A stretch of DNA of 64,000 bases. It comes from Opitutales bacterium (GTDB taxonomy: Bacteria > Verrucomicrobiota > Verrucomicrobiia > Opitutales > UBA2987). Of this stretch, positions 44,138 through 55,065 are shown one piece after another. Location of the stretch: NCBI GenBank assembly GCA_965226885.1, contig CBDDEL010000014.1, positions 544,001 to 608,000 of the forward strand, written 5' to 3'. Under the pieces are notes generated by a model. It did not search any database. It was given only the letters and a program-made list of their open reading frames with translations, and was not told the origin of the DNA. Position 1 is the first letter of the stretch. Every line of letters starts with the position of its first letter. Position numbers and translations under genes: made by a program.

Positions 44138-46039
44138 TCAATCATCCAAAGAGGGGACGTACTCCGGGACATAGTTTTTCAGCATTTCCTTGCACTGGTT
44201 GATGTTTGCGCATTTTCCATTATCAAGATTTTGCTGAACCTGATCGAAGTTTCGCCGCATGGACTCGATTGACTCAGGATCGCTTAAATAGCGCAAAATT
44301 CGCTCATGCCGCGTTTCCGCCAGTGTCTCCTCATCCCGGTGGATTTCCTCAAAGAGCTTTTCTCCGGGACGCAAACCGATGATTTTTATCTCAATGTCGG
44401 CTTCGGGACGAAAACCGCTTAATTCGATCATTTGTTTGGCCAATTCCAAAATTTTGATCGGTTCTCCCATATCGAGAACGAAAATCTCTCCGCCAGTTCC
44501 CTGTGTCGCGCTTTGCAAAACCAGCCCAACGGCCTCCGGAATTGTCATGAAATAACGCTCAACATCAGGATGTGTAACGGTAACTGGTCCACCACGGCTT
44601 ATCTGCCTGCGGAAAATGGGAACCACGCTTCCGGAGGAACCGAGCACGTTGCCAAAACGCACCGCCATGAAGTTCGTCCGATTATCGGGAACATAATTAA
44701 GAGCCTGGATGTATTTTTCCGCCAAACGTTTGCTGGCGCCCATCACATTGGTAGGATTTATCGCCTTGTCCGTGGATATGAAAACAAATTTTTCGACCCC
44801 GAATTCCATCGAAATATCGGCCATCAGTTTTGTCCCCAAAACATTGTTTCTCAGAGCCTCCGCGGGCTGGCGCTCCATCAGGCTGACATGCTTGTGCGCA
44901 GCTGCATGAAAAACAATTTGCGGGCGATGTTCCCGTATGATTTCCCGTATGTTATTTCTATCCTGAATATCCGCTACGAGCGGCTGCAAAATAGGTTCAT
45001 GTCCTTCCTCCATCAGGTTTTGTTCGGCCTGGAAAAGCTGGATTTCGGCCCGATCAAGTATCAGTAGCCTTTCGGGACCATAAAAAGCCACTTGCCTACT
45101 TAGTTCGAAGCCAATACTTCCCCCAGCCCCGGTAACCAATACCCTTCGATTTGAAATCATTTCCCGTATGTTATCCGACTCAAGCTGTATGATCTCCCTG
45201 CCGAGCAAATCTTCTATTTCCACGGGACGCACCCGGCTGGCTCTTATCCGCCCTGTCGTTAATTCAGCCAATGACGGAACAATTTCCGCTTTTAGGCCGA
45301 TCTTGGCGGCCAAATCCACGATCTCGCGGATGCGCCGAGCAGGCGCAGAAGGCATGGCGATTATGATCTCTTCGATGCCGAATGTTTGGCAAATGGCTTC
45401 CATCTTGTCGGGTTTGTCCACCACCTTGATGCCGTGAATATGTTTTCCCCATTTTTTGCGGTTGTCATCCAGAAAAATTATTGGACGCATGCCCAAACCC
45501 CGGTTAGCCAGCATATCCGCAGCCGTTGCCGCGCCAACATCACCGGCGCCCACGATGGCAATCCGGCGCTGTTTTTTTGGGGTTTCTCCATTCCCCGTAA
45601 AATACCTTTCCCTGGCTACTCTTAAAGTAATTCGAAACCCTCCGATTAGAATCAGGGAAAAGATAAAATCTCCCAGGATAACGCCCCGTGGCGGAATAGG
45701 ATTCCCCCCCATTACGAACCAGGTAATGGTCAATATAAAACTGGCCAAGGATAAAGCAAAGAAGACACGGTAAAAATCCGGGAGACGAAAATAACTTAGC
45801 AACCCTCCAAACTGTCCAAAAAGCAGAAGTAAAAACAGTTTGAGAGGCACAATCCATAAAATATTTTCAATTCGCAGTTCTTTCCATTCACCTGGTACGA
45901 CAAAATCGAACCTTAATTCATAAGCCAGAAATAGGCTGGCCGCCAAAGCGCCGGAATAAGCCAAAAAAAGGAAAGGCGTTCGCGATGGCAGCAAATACCG
46001 ATAGAGCCCGGAAAATAGCAATATTTTATTGGACATCAA
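44138..46039 (-). CDS. Membrane-bound UDP-GlcNAc 4,6-dehydratase (PglF/CapD family)
   Basis: TGAGGSIG, HAAAHKHV, ISTDKA.NPTNVMGASK, VRFGNVLGSSGSV, GLRPGEKL. Confidence 0.95.
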   Translation of the reverse strand: MMSNKILLFSGLYRYLLPSRTPFLFLAYSGALAASLFLAYELRFDFVVPGEWKELRIENILWIVPLKLFLLLLFGQFGGLLSYFRLPDFYRVFFALSLASFILTITWFVMGGNPIPPRGVILGDFIFSLILIGGFRITLRVARERYFTGNGETPKKQRRIAIVGAGDVGAATAADMLANRGLGMRPIIFLDDNRKKWGKHIHGIKVVDKPDKMEAICQTFGIEEIIIAMPSAPARRIREIVDLAAKIGLKAEIVPSLAELTTGRIRASRVRPVEIEDLLGREIIQLESDNIREMISNRRVLVTGAGGSIGFELSRQVAFYGPERLLILDRAEIQLFQAEQNLMEEGHEPILQPLVADIQDRNNIREIIREHRPQIVFHAAAHKHVSLMERQPAEALRNNVLGTKLMADISMEFGVEKFVFISTDKAINPTNVMGASKRLAEKYIQALNYVPDNRTNFMAVRFGNVLGSSGSVVPIFRRQISRGGPVTVTHPDVERYFMTIPEAVGLVLQSATQGTGGEIFVLDMGEPIKILELAKQMIELSGFRPEADIEIKIIGLRPGEKLFEEIHRDEETLAETRHERILRYLSDPESIESMRRNFDQVQQNLDNGKCANINQCKEMLKNYVPEYVPSLDD

Positions 46040-46083
46040 TTATTCTATTCGAAAAACTTACTCTTGCCTCATCTGTCGGCAAA

Positions 46084-47220
46084 TCAATAGCAACTTCTTA
46101 TGACAGCAACCACGCGTTTCAGTTGTTCAAGGGTTAAGGCAGAACCCGATGGAAGGCAAAGGCCGGTGTGAAACAACTTTTCCGCAACTTCTCCTCCAAC
46201 TTTTTCGCAATTGGAATAAAGCGGCTGCAAATGTAGAGGCTTCCATACAGGTCGGCATTCTATGTTCTCCTCCTCCAGGTGCAATCGAATTTTATTTGGC
46301 GATATCCCAGATAATTCTTCATTAACCGTAATGCAGGATAACCACCGGGTGCCCTTGCCATATTCTGCTTCAGGCATAAAATCAATTCCCGGCAAATCGC
46401 ATAACGCCGCTTGATAATAATCAAATACTTTTCTCCGGGCCGAAATAAAATCAGCCAGTTTCACCAATTGCCCCCGCCCAATTGCAGCCAGAACATTGCT
46501 CATACGGTAGTTATAACCTTGTTCGGAATGTTGGTAATGGACAGCCGGATCACGCGCTTGTGTCGACAAAAAAAGCGCCTTATCAGCCACGGCCTTATCT
46601 TTGCAAATGATCATGCCGCCGCTGCTGGTCGTCATAATTTTGTTACCGTTAAACGAGAATACTCCAAACGGCGAGGAAACACCGGCGCTGCGTTCTTTAT
46701 AGGTTGCCCCAAGAGCTTCCGCGGCATCTTCGATAACGATCAGATCATAACGAGCGCAAATTTCTTGGATAGAATCGAGATCCGCGCACTGACCGTAAAG
46801 ATGGACCACATTTACCGCTTTTGGCAGCCGATTGGATGCGGCTCGCCGGCCAAGCCAATCCTCTAATAAGTTTGGGTCCATATTCCAGGATTGAAAGTCA
46901 CTGTCTATAAATATCGGTTTGGCGCCAATATAGCGAATCGGATTTGCGGAGGCTACAAACGTTAATGTGGAACACAAAACCTCATCCTCTGCCCGAACTC
47001 CGGCTAATACGAGGGCGAGGTGCAAAGCGGATGTTCCGGAGTTCAGGGCAACGGCGTGGTCTGCGCCGGTACATTGGCAAAACTCCTGTTCAAAGGCTTT
47101 CAACTGCGGTCCCGCTGGCGCTATCCAGTTCGATTCAAAAGCATCTTTCACCATTAGCCACTCTTCCATCCCTATATCTGGAGGTGAAAGATAAATGCGT
47201 TCTTTATTCAGATTTGTCAT
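46084..47220 (-). CDS. PglE/EpsN-type DegT/DnrJ aminotransferase
   Basis: SGTSALHLAL, EDAAEALG, SFNGNKIMTTSSGG, GYNYRMSN. Confidence 0.93.
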   Translation of the reverse strand: MTNLNKERIYLSPPDIGMEEWLMVKDAFESNWIAPAGPQLKAFEQEFCQCTGADHAVALNSGTSALHLALVLAGVRAEDEVLCSTLTFVASANPIRYIGAKPIFIDSDFQSWNMDPNLLEDWLGRRAASNRLPKAVNVVHLYGQCADLDSIQEICARYDLIVIEDAAEALGATYKERSAGVSSPFGVFSFNGNKIMTTSSGGMIICKDKAVADKALFLSTQARDPAVHYQHSEQGYNYRMSNVLAAIGRGQLVKLADFISARRKVFDYYQAALCDLPGIDFMPEAEYGKGTRWLSCITVNEELSGISPNKIRLHLEEENIECRPVWKPLHLQPLYSNCEKVGGEVAEKLFHTGLCLPSGSALTLEQLKRVVAVIRSCY

Positions 47221-47256
47221 TCTCCATTAGAAAAGTTTCCACAAATTCAGGGATCC

Positions 47257-48704
47257 TCATGTTTGAGTTACCGGTCTCGCCGGAATACCCAACACAGTAG
47301 TGTCCGAAGGAACATCATGAGTAACAACACAACCGGCTCCCAAAACGGCATTATCGCCTACTCGGCAACCCGGAAGGACGGAGGCATGGCTGCCCACAAA
47401 TACTCCCTGCCCCAATTGCGGGTAGTGTATAAAAAAGAATGTCATTTTGTATTTTTAGCTGTACAAATAGCGCTAGGCAGTTTATTCTTAGTGCATGGTT
47501 ACTAAAATTATTAATTGTCGGCACTGTGGAAGTGAAAATATCATTAAATTTGGCAAGACGCCCAACCATAAACAGCGCTACCGCTGCCATGATTGTGGTA
47601 AACAAAGCCGCGAAAACCCCACAGTGAAATACACCGAAGAGCAAAAAGAAATGATCCTTCGAGTCTATCAGGAACGCAGCAGTCTACGCGGTTTACAGCG
47701 CGCCTTCGGGGTGAGTCCCAACACCGTTTTGAGTTGGTTAAAAAAAACGACAATCGCTGCGACCGCTCAAAAGCACGATTCTTGCGGCCCGCCGCCATGA
47801 TGTCATTGAACTGGACGAACTGTGGTCTTTTGTGGGGCGCAAGAGCGATGCCCAATGGGTTTGGATCGCTCTTTGCCGACGCACCCGTCAAATCCTCTCC
47901 TATGCCATTGGGCCTCGGGATTGGTATCGTTGCCGGGAACTTTACGAGCGTCTGCCACGGGCCTACAAAAGATGTGCCACCTACAGCGACTTTTGGAGCA
48001 CTTATGATGAAGTCTTTCCTCATAACCGATCCGTGGGAAAAGAAACCGGTGAAACGGCCCATGTGGAACGATGGAACAATACCCTGCGCCAACGACTGGG
48101 TCGTTTCACACGCAAAACCCTCTCCTTTTCCAAGCTTAAGAGTATGCATGAAACCTGTCTGAGACTTTTCATTCATCAATATAATCAAGAATTAGCCACC
48201 ATTCCTACTTAATACACTACCCAATTGCGCATGTCCCGAAATATCGCAAAAACAGCTAAATTGGCAAAAATCTCCAATTACAACAATATGATTTAAACAG
48301 TAAATTAGATTAATTCTTACATAATTACCGATTATCAGGTCAATCGTTAGTATAGCCCTAGGGCATATAACATTTCCATCTCCCATTGTGATGTTGTGCC
48401 CCAAAATAGCCGTTGGATGTATAATATTCACAAATCTACCACCTCGGCTTAGCATTTTCTTTACACATTTCCTTTTAATTGAAGGGATGCCAATAGCGCA
48501 TACAAACACATCAGCTGACTCAGGTTGATAATTTTCAATAGTATCTATTATGCCAATCGTAAGAGTATATCCTCGCAATGCATCCAGGTTATCATCCAGA
48601 AACCCTTTAATAACCCATTTATTATTATGTTCCGGGCACTGACTAGCCCAAGTATAAACTTTTCGCCCAAAATCTCCCGCGCCAATAATAATTAATTTTT
48701 TCAC
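47257..48704 (-). pseudogene. PglD/NeuD-type hexapeptide acetyltransferase interrupted by IS1
   Basis: IIGAG.FG, IIHPTA; frame rejoins across the IS (SGHAQL|GQGVFVG..GIPAR). Confidence 0.9.
47421..48221 (+). mobile_element. IS1 type A, intact (801 bp)
   Basis: GGTAGTGTAT IRs; 8-bp target duplication CAATTGCG. Confidence 0.97.
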
Positions 48705-48707
48705 GTG

Positions 48708-49337
48708 CTATTTGAGATCATAACGGGTATTGGATTCATTTCCCATAAACTCTTGTGTTGTCGCGTGTCCTTCTTGCGTTATGCCTTCACATTTAAATGT
48801 TTTCACCACAGTTAATATAAGAATTTTCAAGTCGAGCATAATACTTCTGTTATCCACATACCAAACATCCAACCTGAATTTATCTTCCCATAAAATTGCA
48901 TTCCGTCCATTGACCTGTGCCCAGCCGGTTATGCCAGGTCGTACCTCGTGCCGCCGAGCTTGTTCGGGGCTGTAACGTTTGAGGTAGCGCATTAATAACG
49001 GCCTTGGTCCTACAAGGCTCATATCACCCCGTAACACATTAATCAGTTCAGGCAGTTCATCTAAACTCGTGCTGCGCAAAATGGTACCAAATTTTGTAAG
49101 GCGTTCCTTATCCGCCAAAAGTTCTCCCTCATTATTATAAATATTTAGCATGGATCTGAATTTTAACAACGTAAATTTCCGACCGTCCAACCCAGGTCTG
49201 TCATGTCGAAATATCACTGGCGTTCCAAGCTTTATTCTTATCAATAGAACAATTATCAAAAAAACCGGTATAAACATAATCAACAAAATGGTTGAAGCTA
49301 GAATATCGATGCCTCTCCTCATTTTACATAGATTCAA
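48708..49337 (-). CDS. PglC-type phosphoglycosyltransferase
   Basis: KFRSM, RSTSLDELP, GDMSLVGPRP, PGITGWAQVNGRN. Confidence 0.95.
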   Translation of the reverse strand: MNLCKMRRGIDILASTILLIMFIPVFLIIVLLIRIKLGTPVIFRHDRPGLDGRKFTLLKFRSMLNIYNNEGELLADKERLTKFGTILRSTSLDELPELINVLRGDMSLVGPRPLLMRYLKRYSPEQARRHEVRPGITGWAQVNGRNAILWEDKFRLDVWYVDNRSIMLDLKILILTVVKTFKCEGITQEGHATTQEFMGNESNTRYDLK

Positions 49338-50511
49338 CCAATGGAAGACAATTCTTCAGAAATACTTCCTTGCAGTAATTCTTTTTCACAAAGTCATATC
49401 CGTTTTTAATAATATATTTATATGCCACCGGATTTTCTAACGCGTCAATAATCATTCTCGAAAATTCTTTGGATTCATTGCCGCACAAAAAATGTTTTCC
49501 GGGAATTCCCTCAATACCTTGAATTCCAACTCTTGTTGAAACAAGCAATTTTCCCCATGCCATTGCAATCAAACTTTTTATTTTAATGCCAGACCCACTA
49601 TCTTGTGTATTTAAAAAAATAAATCCATTTTCCAATATAGGTTTCACATCTGATATATATCCTAATCCCCTTATACCAATCGATGTGTTATTAAAAGATT
49701 CTGTATTTTGTCCACCAAGTATTAACAATGCATGAGGTATCTTCGATTTAATTCTTGGCCAGTCCTGCTCGATAAATTTACGCAATCCGCCTTCCTTTCG
49801 ATAATCGATAGTAACAAGACTAATTATTGTGTAGAAATCTACTTTTGATATGTTGTGTTCTTCGGGAATATCGACATATACCCCAAACACGCCATTTGAA
49901 TCCACTCCAAGGTTCTTCTTATAAATATTGGCATCTCTTGCTGTAATTGACCAAACCAAGTCTGCCATATTTAAAGTTCTCAATTCAAAATACTTTACTT
50001 TAGCCACTTCTATAGTCCACGCAATGCGTATCAATAAATTACCCTGTTTACTGAAATTTGAAAAAGCCTCAAAAAGCACGTCGTGACTTCTAACTACTGT
50101 TTTTATACGATGATTTCCTTTTTTTAAGTATTTTTGAAAAATTGCAATTGGGATGCCTTCAAATATCACAACTGGCATTACTCCATACTTAGATTTATAT
50201 TCTTCAATTACTTCCGAAAGCGCATAATAAAGGGATTTGTCCCTGAATTGCTGCACACAGGCTGGTAAAGAGCTTAACAAACTTGAAATGAATCTTCTTA
50301 ATAAACTGTGGCGTTTTATAGAAAGATGTCTAAATTCAATATTAGGAAATATGTTCTTTATATTTTCAACTAATTCCGATTCTGTTACACCTACATAACA
50401 AATGTTTAAATATTTCTGCCTCATAGCTGCAATCGTAGAACTTGTAGCTATGCCATATCCAGAATTGTTATCCGGCCAACCATGAGCAACAATTATCACA
50501 GATTTAGACAA
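49324..50511 (-). CDS. Glycosyltransferase, GT4-like
   Basis: GSGIKIK..AMAWG..LVST..G..GI. Confidence 0.8.
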   Translation of the reverse strand: MSKSVIIVAHGWPDNNSGYGIATSSTIAAMRQKYLNICYVGVTESELVENIKNIFPNIEFRHLSIKRHSLLRRFISSLLSSLPACVQQFRDKSLYYALSEVIEEYKSKYGVMPVVIFEGIPIAIFQKYLKKGNHRIKTVVRSHDVLFEAFSNFSKQGNLLIRIAWTIEVAKVKYFELRTLNMADLVWSITARDANIYKKNLGVDSNGVFGVYVDIPEEHNISKVDFYTIISLVTIDYRKEGGLRKFIEQDWPRIKSKIPHALLILGGQNTESFNNTSIGIRGLGYISDVKPILENGFIFLNTQDSGSGIKIKSLIAMAWGKLLVSTRVGIQGIEGIPGKHFLCGNESKEFSRMIIDALENPVAYKYIIKNGYDFVKKNYCKEVFLKNCLPLVESM

Positions 50512-50513
50512 TT

Positions 50514-51326
50514 TTATAGATTCCCAACAGATATTTTTTTTAATTTAATTTTTATTAATTTATAGCGGGATTCACTCTTCCGTGGTATAAATACGATATT
50601 TTGACCACATTTTTCATCAAACAGTTTTTTTTTTATCGAAAAATCAGATAATATGTACCCATCATAATTTCTTTTATACATAAACGAAAATATATCCTTC
50701 ACGTCATAACCGTATCGATGTCCGTGACCGATTTCGAGTATAATAATGCAATTGTTTTTTTCTATAATTTTCTTTGCACCTCGCAATACGTGCATTTCAT
50801 AACCCTCAACATCACATTTCAATAGACTTGTCTCTAATAATTTTGGATGTACATGAATTAAATCGTCCAATTTTTTTAAAATGACCATAATTTTATTTGA
50901 GACTATTCCATCGCCAGAATATGCTAAATGACTCAAACCCCTGAATCGACGACCGATGGAATCACAGACATTTAGGTAATGTTGTTCCTCCTTATCGGAT
51001 AGGCCGTATTCAAAAATAATTGTGTTTTTTAAGGATAACAGCTTAATTGTTTTTTTTGTTACCTTTGCATAATAAGGGTCGATTTCAAAAGCGTAAACTT
51101 GTCCTTCCAGGCCAACGGCTTTTGAAAGATGGTATGTCCAATTTGCTCCATTGGCACCTGCATCAACAGCTACTTCCCCCTTCATCAAACATAGAGATAT
51201 TATATTCATTTCCGGTTCACGGTTTTTACCCTTCTTTATCAAATAAACAAATCGGAGGGCATGAATCCATTCCAGTCCCCCTTCACCGAATAAGGCTTTA
51301 AGAATCGTTACAATTAACGACTTCAT
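50514..51326 (-). CDS. FkbM-family methyltransferase
   Basis: VDAGANG, VYAFE, LKCDVEGYE. Confidence 0.85.
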   Translation of the reverse strand: MKSLIVTILKALFGEGGLEWIHALRFVYLIKKGKNREPEMNIISLCLMKGEVAVDAGANGANWTYHLSKAVGLEGQVYAFEIDPYYAKVTKKTIKLLSLKNTIIFEYGLSDKEEQHYLNVCDSIGRRFRGLSHLAYSGDGIVSNKIMVILKKLDDLIHVHPKLLETSLLKCDVEGYEMHVLRGAKKIIEKNNCIIILEIGHGHRYGYDVKDIFSFMYKRNYDGYILSDFSIKKKLFDEKCGQNIVFIPRKSESRYKLIKIKLKKISVGNL

Positions 51327-52459
51327 TAATTTTTCTCCACCCAATTCACAGGCACATTACCAGTTAAAGTTTCGTAAAGTTTTTCTGGAGTGTTCTGAAT
51401 TAGATATTTTTTTATAACTGAATTATTTGTTATATTTGTTTTAATATATAACAACTCACTTAATTTTTTCCTGAAGTCCAATTCACTTTCCGCCGAAAAT
51501 GTTTTTCCTGCAGAAAGTCTCATTACTCTTTTTCCAAGAATCCCCCAATTTGTAGCCAAAACTGGCACCCCGTTATAAATTGAGTCGACGAAAATACCAC
51601 TGCTTCCACCAAAGTATATATATGGCAAAATCACAGCTGAGGCATTCGAGTATAAATAATACATTTCTTGCTCTGACAATTTCCAATCCATTAATATTAC
51701 TTTCACTGGATAAACAAATTTTTCACATAGCATTTTAATTTCAGGTGATTTTTCGATTGAACCACCTATAAATACTCTCAATGGAGTGTCCCATTTCAGT
51801 AATGCACGAAGTGCCCAAGAAGTACCTTTATGTGGTAAATGATATCCCATAAATACTATTGTTGGTAATTTACTTTCCTCTTGTACATACTTGGATGTAA
51901 TCTCATTAGTACGTCTTTTGAAGGGGTCTGGACACCACTCTACTTGATTGCTAATCAAATGAATGTTTTTAAAATATTTTACTATATCTTCGTTCACAAA
52001 GTATATTTTTGTATTCTTAAAACATATTAAAAACATTATTATAAAGCCTGATACCAGTAATTTTTTGACCCAATCAATTAAAAAATATTTTCTAGGATAA
52101 AAGAAGCTGCCACCAAACCAAATCCCTTCGATATTAGGAATTTTCTGAAATAATAATCCTTTTTCTATAAAAAACATTATATTTGAATATAACAAATAAT
52201 CAAAGTGAAGATGAAGGCATTCTGTAACTTGTTTATTATAATTCAATAATTTGATTATTTTTTCAAGCTCCTCTTTTGCTAGTGGCATTTTTTTGAATGG
52301 AATATACACTGTAGCTTTGCAATTTTCTTTTACACAGTTTGATACTTCATTCCATAAGGATTGAGAGGTCAACAAAATGCCATCAAATCCACTTCTTATC
52401 ATTATTTCGACATAATTGGGATGGTGACCGGTCGGATTAAAATCAACAATCAATTTCAT
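51326..52459 (-). CDS. Glycosyltransferase (GT-B fold)
   Basis: TGHH, KG, LPY..F.GSSG, PVL motifs. Confidence 0.7.
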   Translation of the reverse strand: MKLIVDFNPTGHHPNYVEIMIRSGFDGILLTSQSLWNEVSNCVKENCKATVYIPFKKMPLAKEELEKIIKLLNYNKQVTECLHLHFDYLLYSNIMFFIEKGLLFQKIPNIEGIWFGGSFFYPRKYFLIDWVKKLLVSGFIIMFLICFKNTKIYFVNEDIVKYFKNIHLISNQVEWCPDPFKRRTNEITSKYVQEESKLPTIVFMGYHLPHKGTSWALRALLKWDTPLRVFIGGSIEKSPEIKMLCEKFVYPVKVILMDWKLSEQEMYYLYSNASAVILPYIYFGGSSGIFVDSIYNGVPVLATNWGILGKRVMRLSAGKTFSAESELDFRKKLSELLYIKTNITNNSVIKKYLIQNTPEKLYETLTGNVPVNWVEKN

Positions 52460-52466
52460 TATCTGC

Positions 52467-53420
52467 TCAATCCACTTTCCTTATTAACCCGCGTATAATT
52501 GATTTTAATATAATTTTAAAATTATACATTTTATCGTCACTCGCTTCGAATATAGCTCCAATACACTCTTTAATCCCCTTTAGATCCAAATTAGCCACTT
52601 TAAATCCGAGCAAGTAACCGATAACTCCAACGTGATATTTTCGCATCCTATGCTCTCCTCTGTCATCGCCGTACCAATCAATAAATACAGGAAGCCACTT
52701 TTTAACAAATCGATTAACCCCATCGAGTCTAGAGCGGATATCATTCATCATGGTAAATCGATTTAATCGGCTGTAGGATATAACTAATGGCTCCTCTACC
52801 ACTACACATCTAAAGCCCTTGAGCGCAACTGCCATCCATATATCGTGATCTATTCCTGAAGTCAATGACTCATCGAATCCACCAGCTTGAAGAAGAGCTT
52901 GTCTGGAAAACATTGACGAAGATGAAATTGTTTGAATGCCTTCCTTGATAATAGCTTCCTTGAGAATACCATTGTTGGCAGCCCTTAACAATTTTGGAGA
53001 TCGACGGCTTCCCGGAAATCGTGTTTCCAGGCTTGAATGGATTACGCCAAAATCTCTTTTTTTGTCCTCTCCCAGTTCGATTATCTTATCTATAAGGATT
53101 TCAATTCTATTTTTTTTCCACTCATCATCATCATCTAAAAAAGAAATATATTTTCCTTTGGCCAGGTGCAAAGCCACATTTCGAACAAATGGTAAACCGT
53201 GGTTTTCTTTAAGGCGCTTGTAAAATATATTGGATAGGTTATTTTGTGAAAACCACTTTTCAATACCACTTGTAGAACCATCTTCTACAACAATTATTTC
53301 GAGTTTTTCATATGATTGCCCATTAACGCTTAATATAGCTCTTTTTGCTTCCCAAAGTCTGTCATAGGTTGTCACAACAGCAGTGACTAGTGGCTTTGTA
53401 TTTTTTAAATTCTTCGTCAT
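52467..53420 (-). CDS. Glycosyltransferase family 2
   Basis: VVTTYDR, VEDGS, RN, FLDDDD, GGFDE. Confidence 0.9.
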   Translation of the reverse strand: MTKNLKNTKPLVTAVVTTYDRLWEAKRAILSVNGQSYEKLEIIVVEDGSTSGIEKWFSQNNLSNIFYKRLKENHGLPFVRNVALHLAKGKYISFLDDDDEWKKNRIEILIDKIIELGEDKKRDFGVIHSSLETRFPGSRRSPKLLRAANNGILKEAIIKEGIQTISSSSMFSRQALLQAGGFDESLTSGIDHDIWMAVALKGFRCVVVEEPLVISYSRLNRFTMMNDIRSRLDGVNRFVKKWLPVFIDWYGDDRGEHRMRKYHVGVIGYLLGFKVANLDLKGIKECIGAIFEASDDKMYNFKIILKSIIRGLIRKVD

Positions 53421-53615
53421 TTATAGTTATTTTTAAGGGTAATATTATGCAATATTATCCATATTACCGCAGTAGATGAGGATTATGGTTCGATAGTTTT
53501 GGAAGTTTCGTAAGCTTTACGCATTGGCTATTCTAATCTGAATTTTTACGTTTGAACCTATGATTGCAAAATATTTGATATGCAGTTAATGGTGAGTTAT
53601 GATCCGCTCCTACAA

Positions 53616-55040
53616 TTATCTGTAAATGCTTTTTATGGAGGGTATTATCGATTTATCTATTTTAATTATAGCCAAACCATAAATTATGAATGCCGTTAAT
53701 ATTATCAACAAGAAAACTATCCAATTTCCGGGAGTGATTTTAATCAACAAAGAAACTGCCAAAGCCATGATTGAAACCGGAAGAATCGTTTTGCCAAATC
53801 CATGAATCCATTCGAAATAACCGCCCACCCGTTTATGGACAAAATAAAGACTGATTGGAAGAATGAGTAAAGAGGAAATTGCGGAAACAGCGGCAATACC
53901 AACTAAACCGGCCAAATTGTATCCAAAATAAAGCAGAGCACCAATTGACATTGCCCTAACAGACTCCAAGACCAAAATTGGCTTTGGTTTTCCAGTGGCT
54001 TTAAAAAAGGCACCTCCCAACCCGGCAACACTTCTAAATAACCCTCCTATTACCAACAGGGAAAGGGGCAACGCAACCGACTCCCATTTATCCCCTAAAA
54101 TGAGGGGAGTAAACTTAGGTGAGAGGAGAGCTACCCCGATGGCAGAAGGCGCGACAAGAAGGATAGAATAGCGAAGGGTAAGACTGAATGCCTGCCGCAA
54201 TTTCACGGAATCGTTTTGCAGTTTTGCATAAGCCGGTTGCGTGACTCTGCCGACGACCTTGACGAATTCTGTGGTCGGAAGGTTTGCCAGGTAAACCGCC
54301 ATGAAATAAATACCTAAAGTTTCTGTATCAAGGAAATGTCCGATAAATATTTTATCCAGATTGAGAGCCAGGTAACTGACAATACCAGCGAGGAAAAGCC
54401 ATACTCCATAATTCCAAAGGAATGCTGCTTTTCCCAATCTAAATTCAAATCTTGGACGGTATGGATGGAATAAAAACGAGGTAATTGTCGCCACCAGTTC
54501 ACCTGCGAATAAACCGTAAACCATTCCCAAAACGTTTTTAAAATAAAAAGATAAGGTTATAGTGGCAATGAAAGTAACACCGACAAATATAAGATTGAAA
54601 TAGGATTCCTTTTTAAAATTCAAATCTCGCTGAAGAAGGATAATACCGATGCTCCGGAAACCGCGAACAAATTGAGTTAGAGCCATGAATTGAGCAACTT
54701 TGACAACAGCAGGCTCATGAAATATTTTTCCCATTAATGGAGCCAAAAGCAGGCATAAAATTGCCAATATTATACCTCGATATACCTGAATCCAATAGCT
54801 TGTGTGGAGGAAACTTTCCAAGTCATCTCGAATATGAATCAAGGCATCTTCAAATCCAGTTCTAGTGAACACCTCGAATGCCAGAATCATGATTGAAGCA
54901 AGTGCGAACAGTCCGAATTCTTCAGGGGCGAGCAGACGCGCCAGAATTAAAGTGCGCAATAAGGCCAGACTCCTCTGAATTACTTGCAGACTGAGAACCC
55001 AAAAGCTGCCTTTAATAATTTTATGCGAAAGTTCTTTCAT
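53616..55040 (-). CDS. wzx: Wzx (WzxC-like) flippase
   Basis: ILARLLAPEEFGL, D...IG..L....LG.Y, many TM segments. Confidence 0.88.
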   Translation of the reverse strand: MKELSHKIIKGSFWVLSLQVIQRSLALLRTLILARLLAPEEFGLFALASIMILAFEVFTRTGFEDALIHIRDDLESFLHTSYWIQVYRGIILAILCLLLAPLMGKIFHEPAVVKVAQFMALTQFVRGFRSIGIILLQRDLNFKKESYFNLIFVGVTFIATITLSFYFKNVLGMVYGLFAGELVATITSFLFHPYRPRFEFRLGKAAFLWNYGVWLFLAGIVSYLALNLDKIFIGHFLDTETLGIYFMAVYLANLPTTEFVKVVGRVTQPAYAKLQNDSVKLRQAFSLTLRYSILLVAPSAIGVALLSPKFTPLILGDKWESVALPLSLLVIGGLFRSVAGLGGAFFKATGKPKPILVLESVRAMSIGALLYFGYNLAGLVGIAAVSAISSLLILPISLYFVHKRVGGYFEWIHGFGKTILPVSIMALAVSLLIKITPGNWIVFLLIILTAFIIYGLAIIKIDKSIIPSIKSIYR

Positions 55041-55065
55041 TAATGAAGGTGAAATTACAACTAAA

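Noticed and set aside
47495..48212. Split IS1 (and IS3) ORFs as pseudogenes
   Set aside because: A-run slippery sites shared by the copies match programmed -1 frameshifting known for these families.
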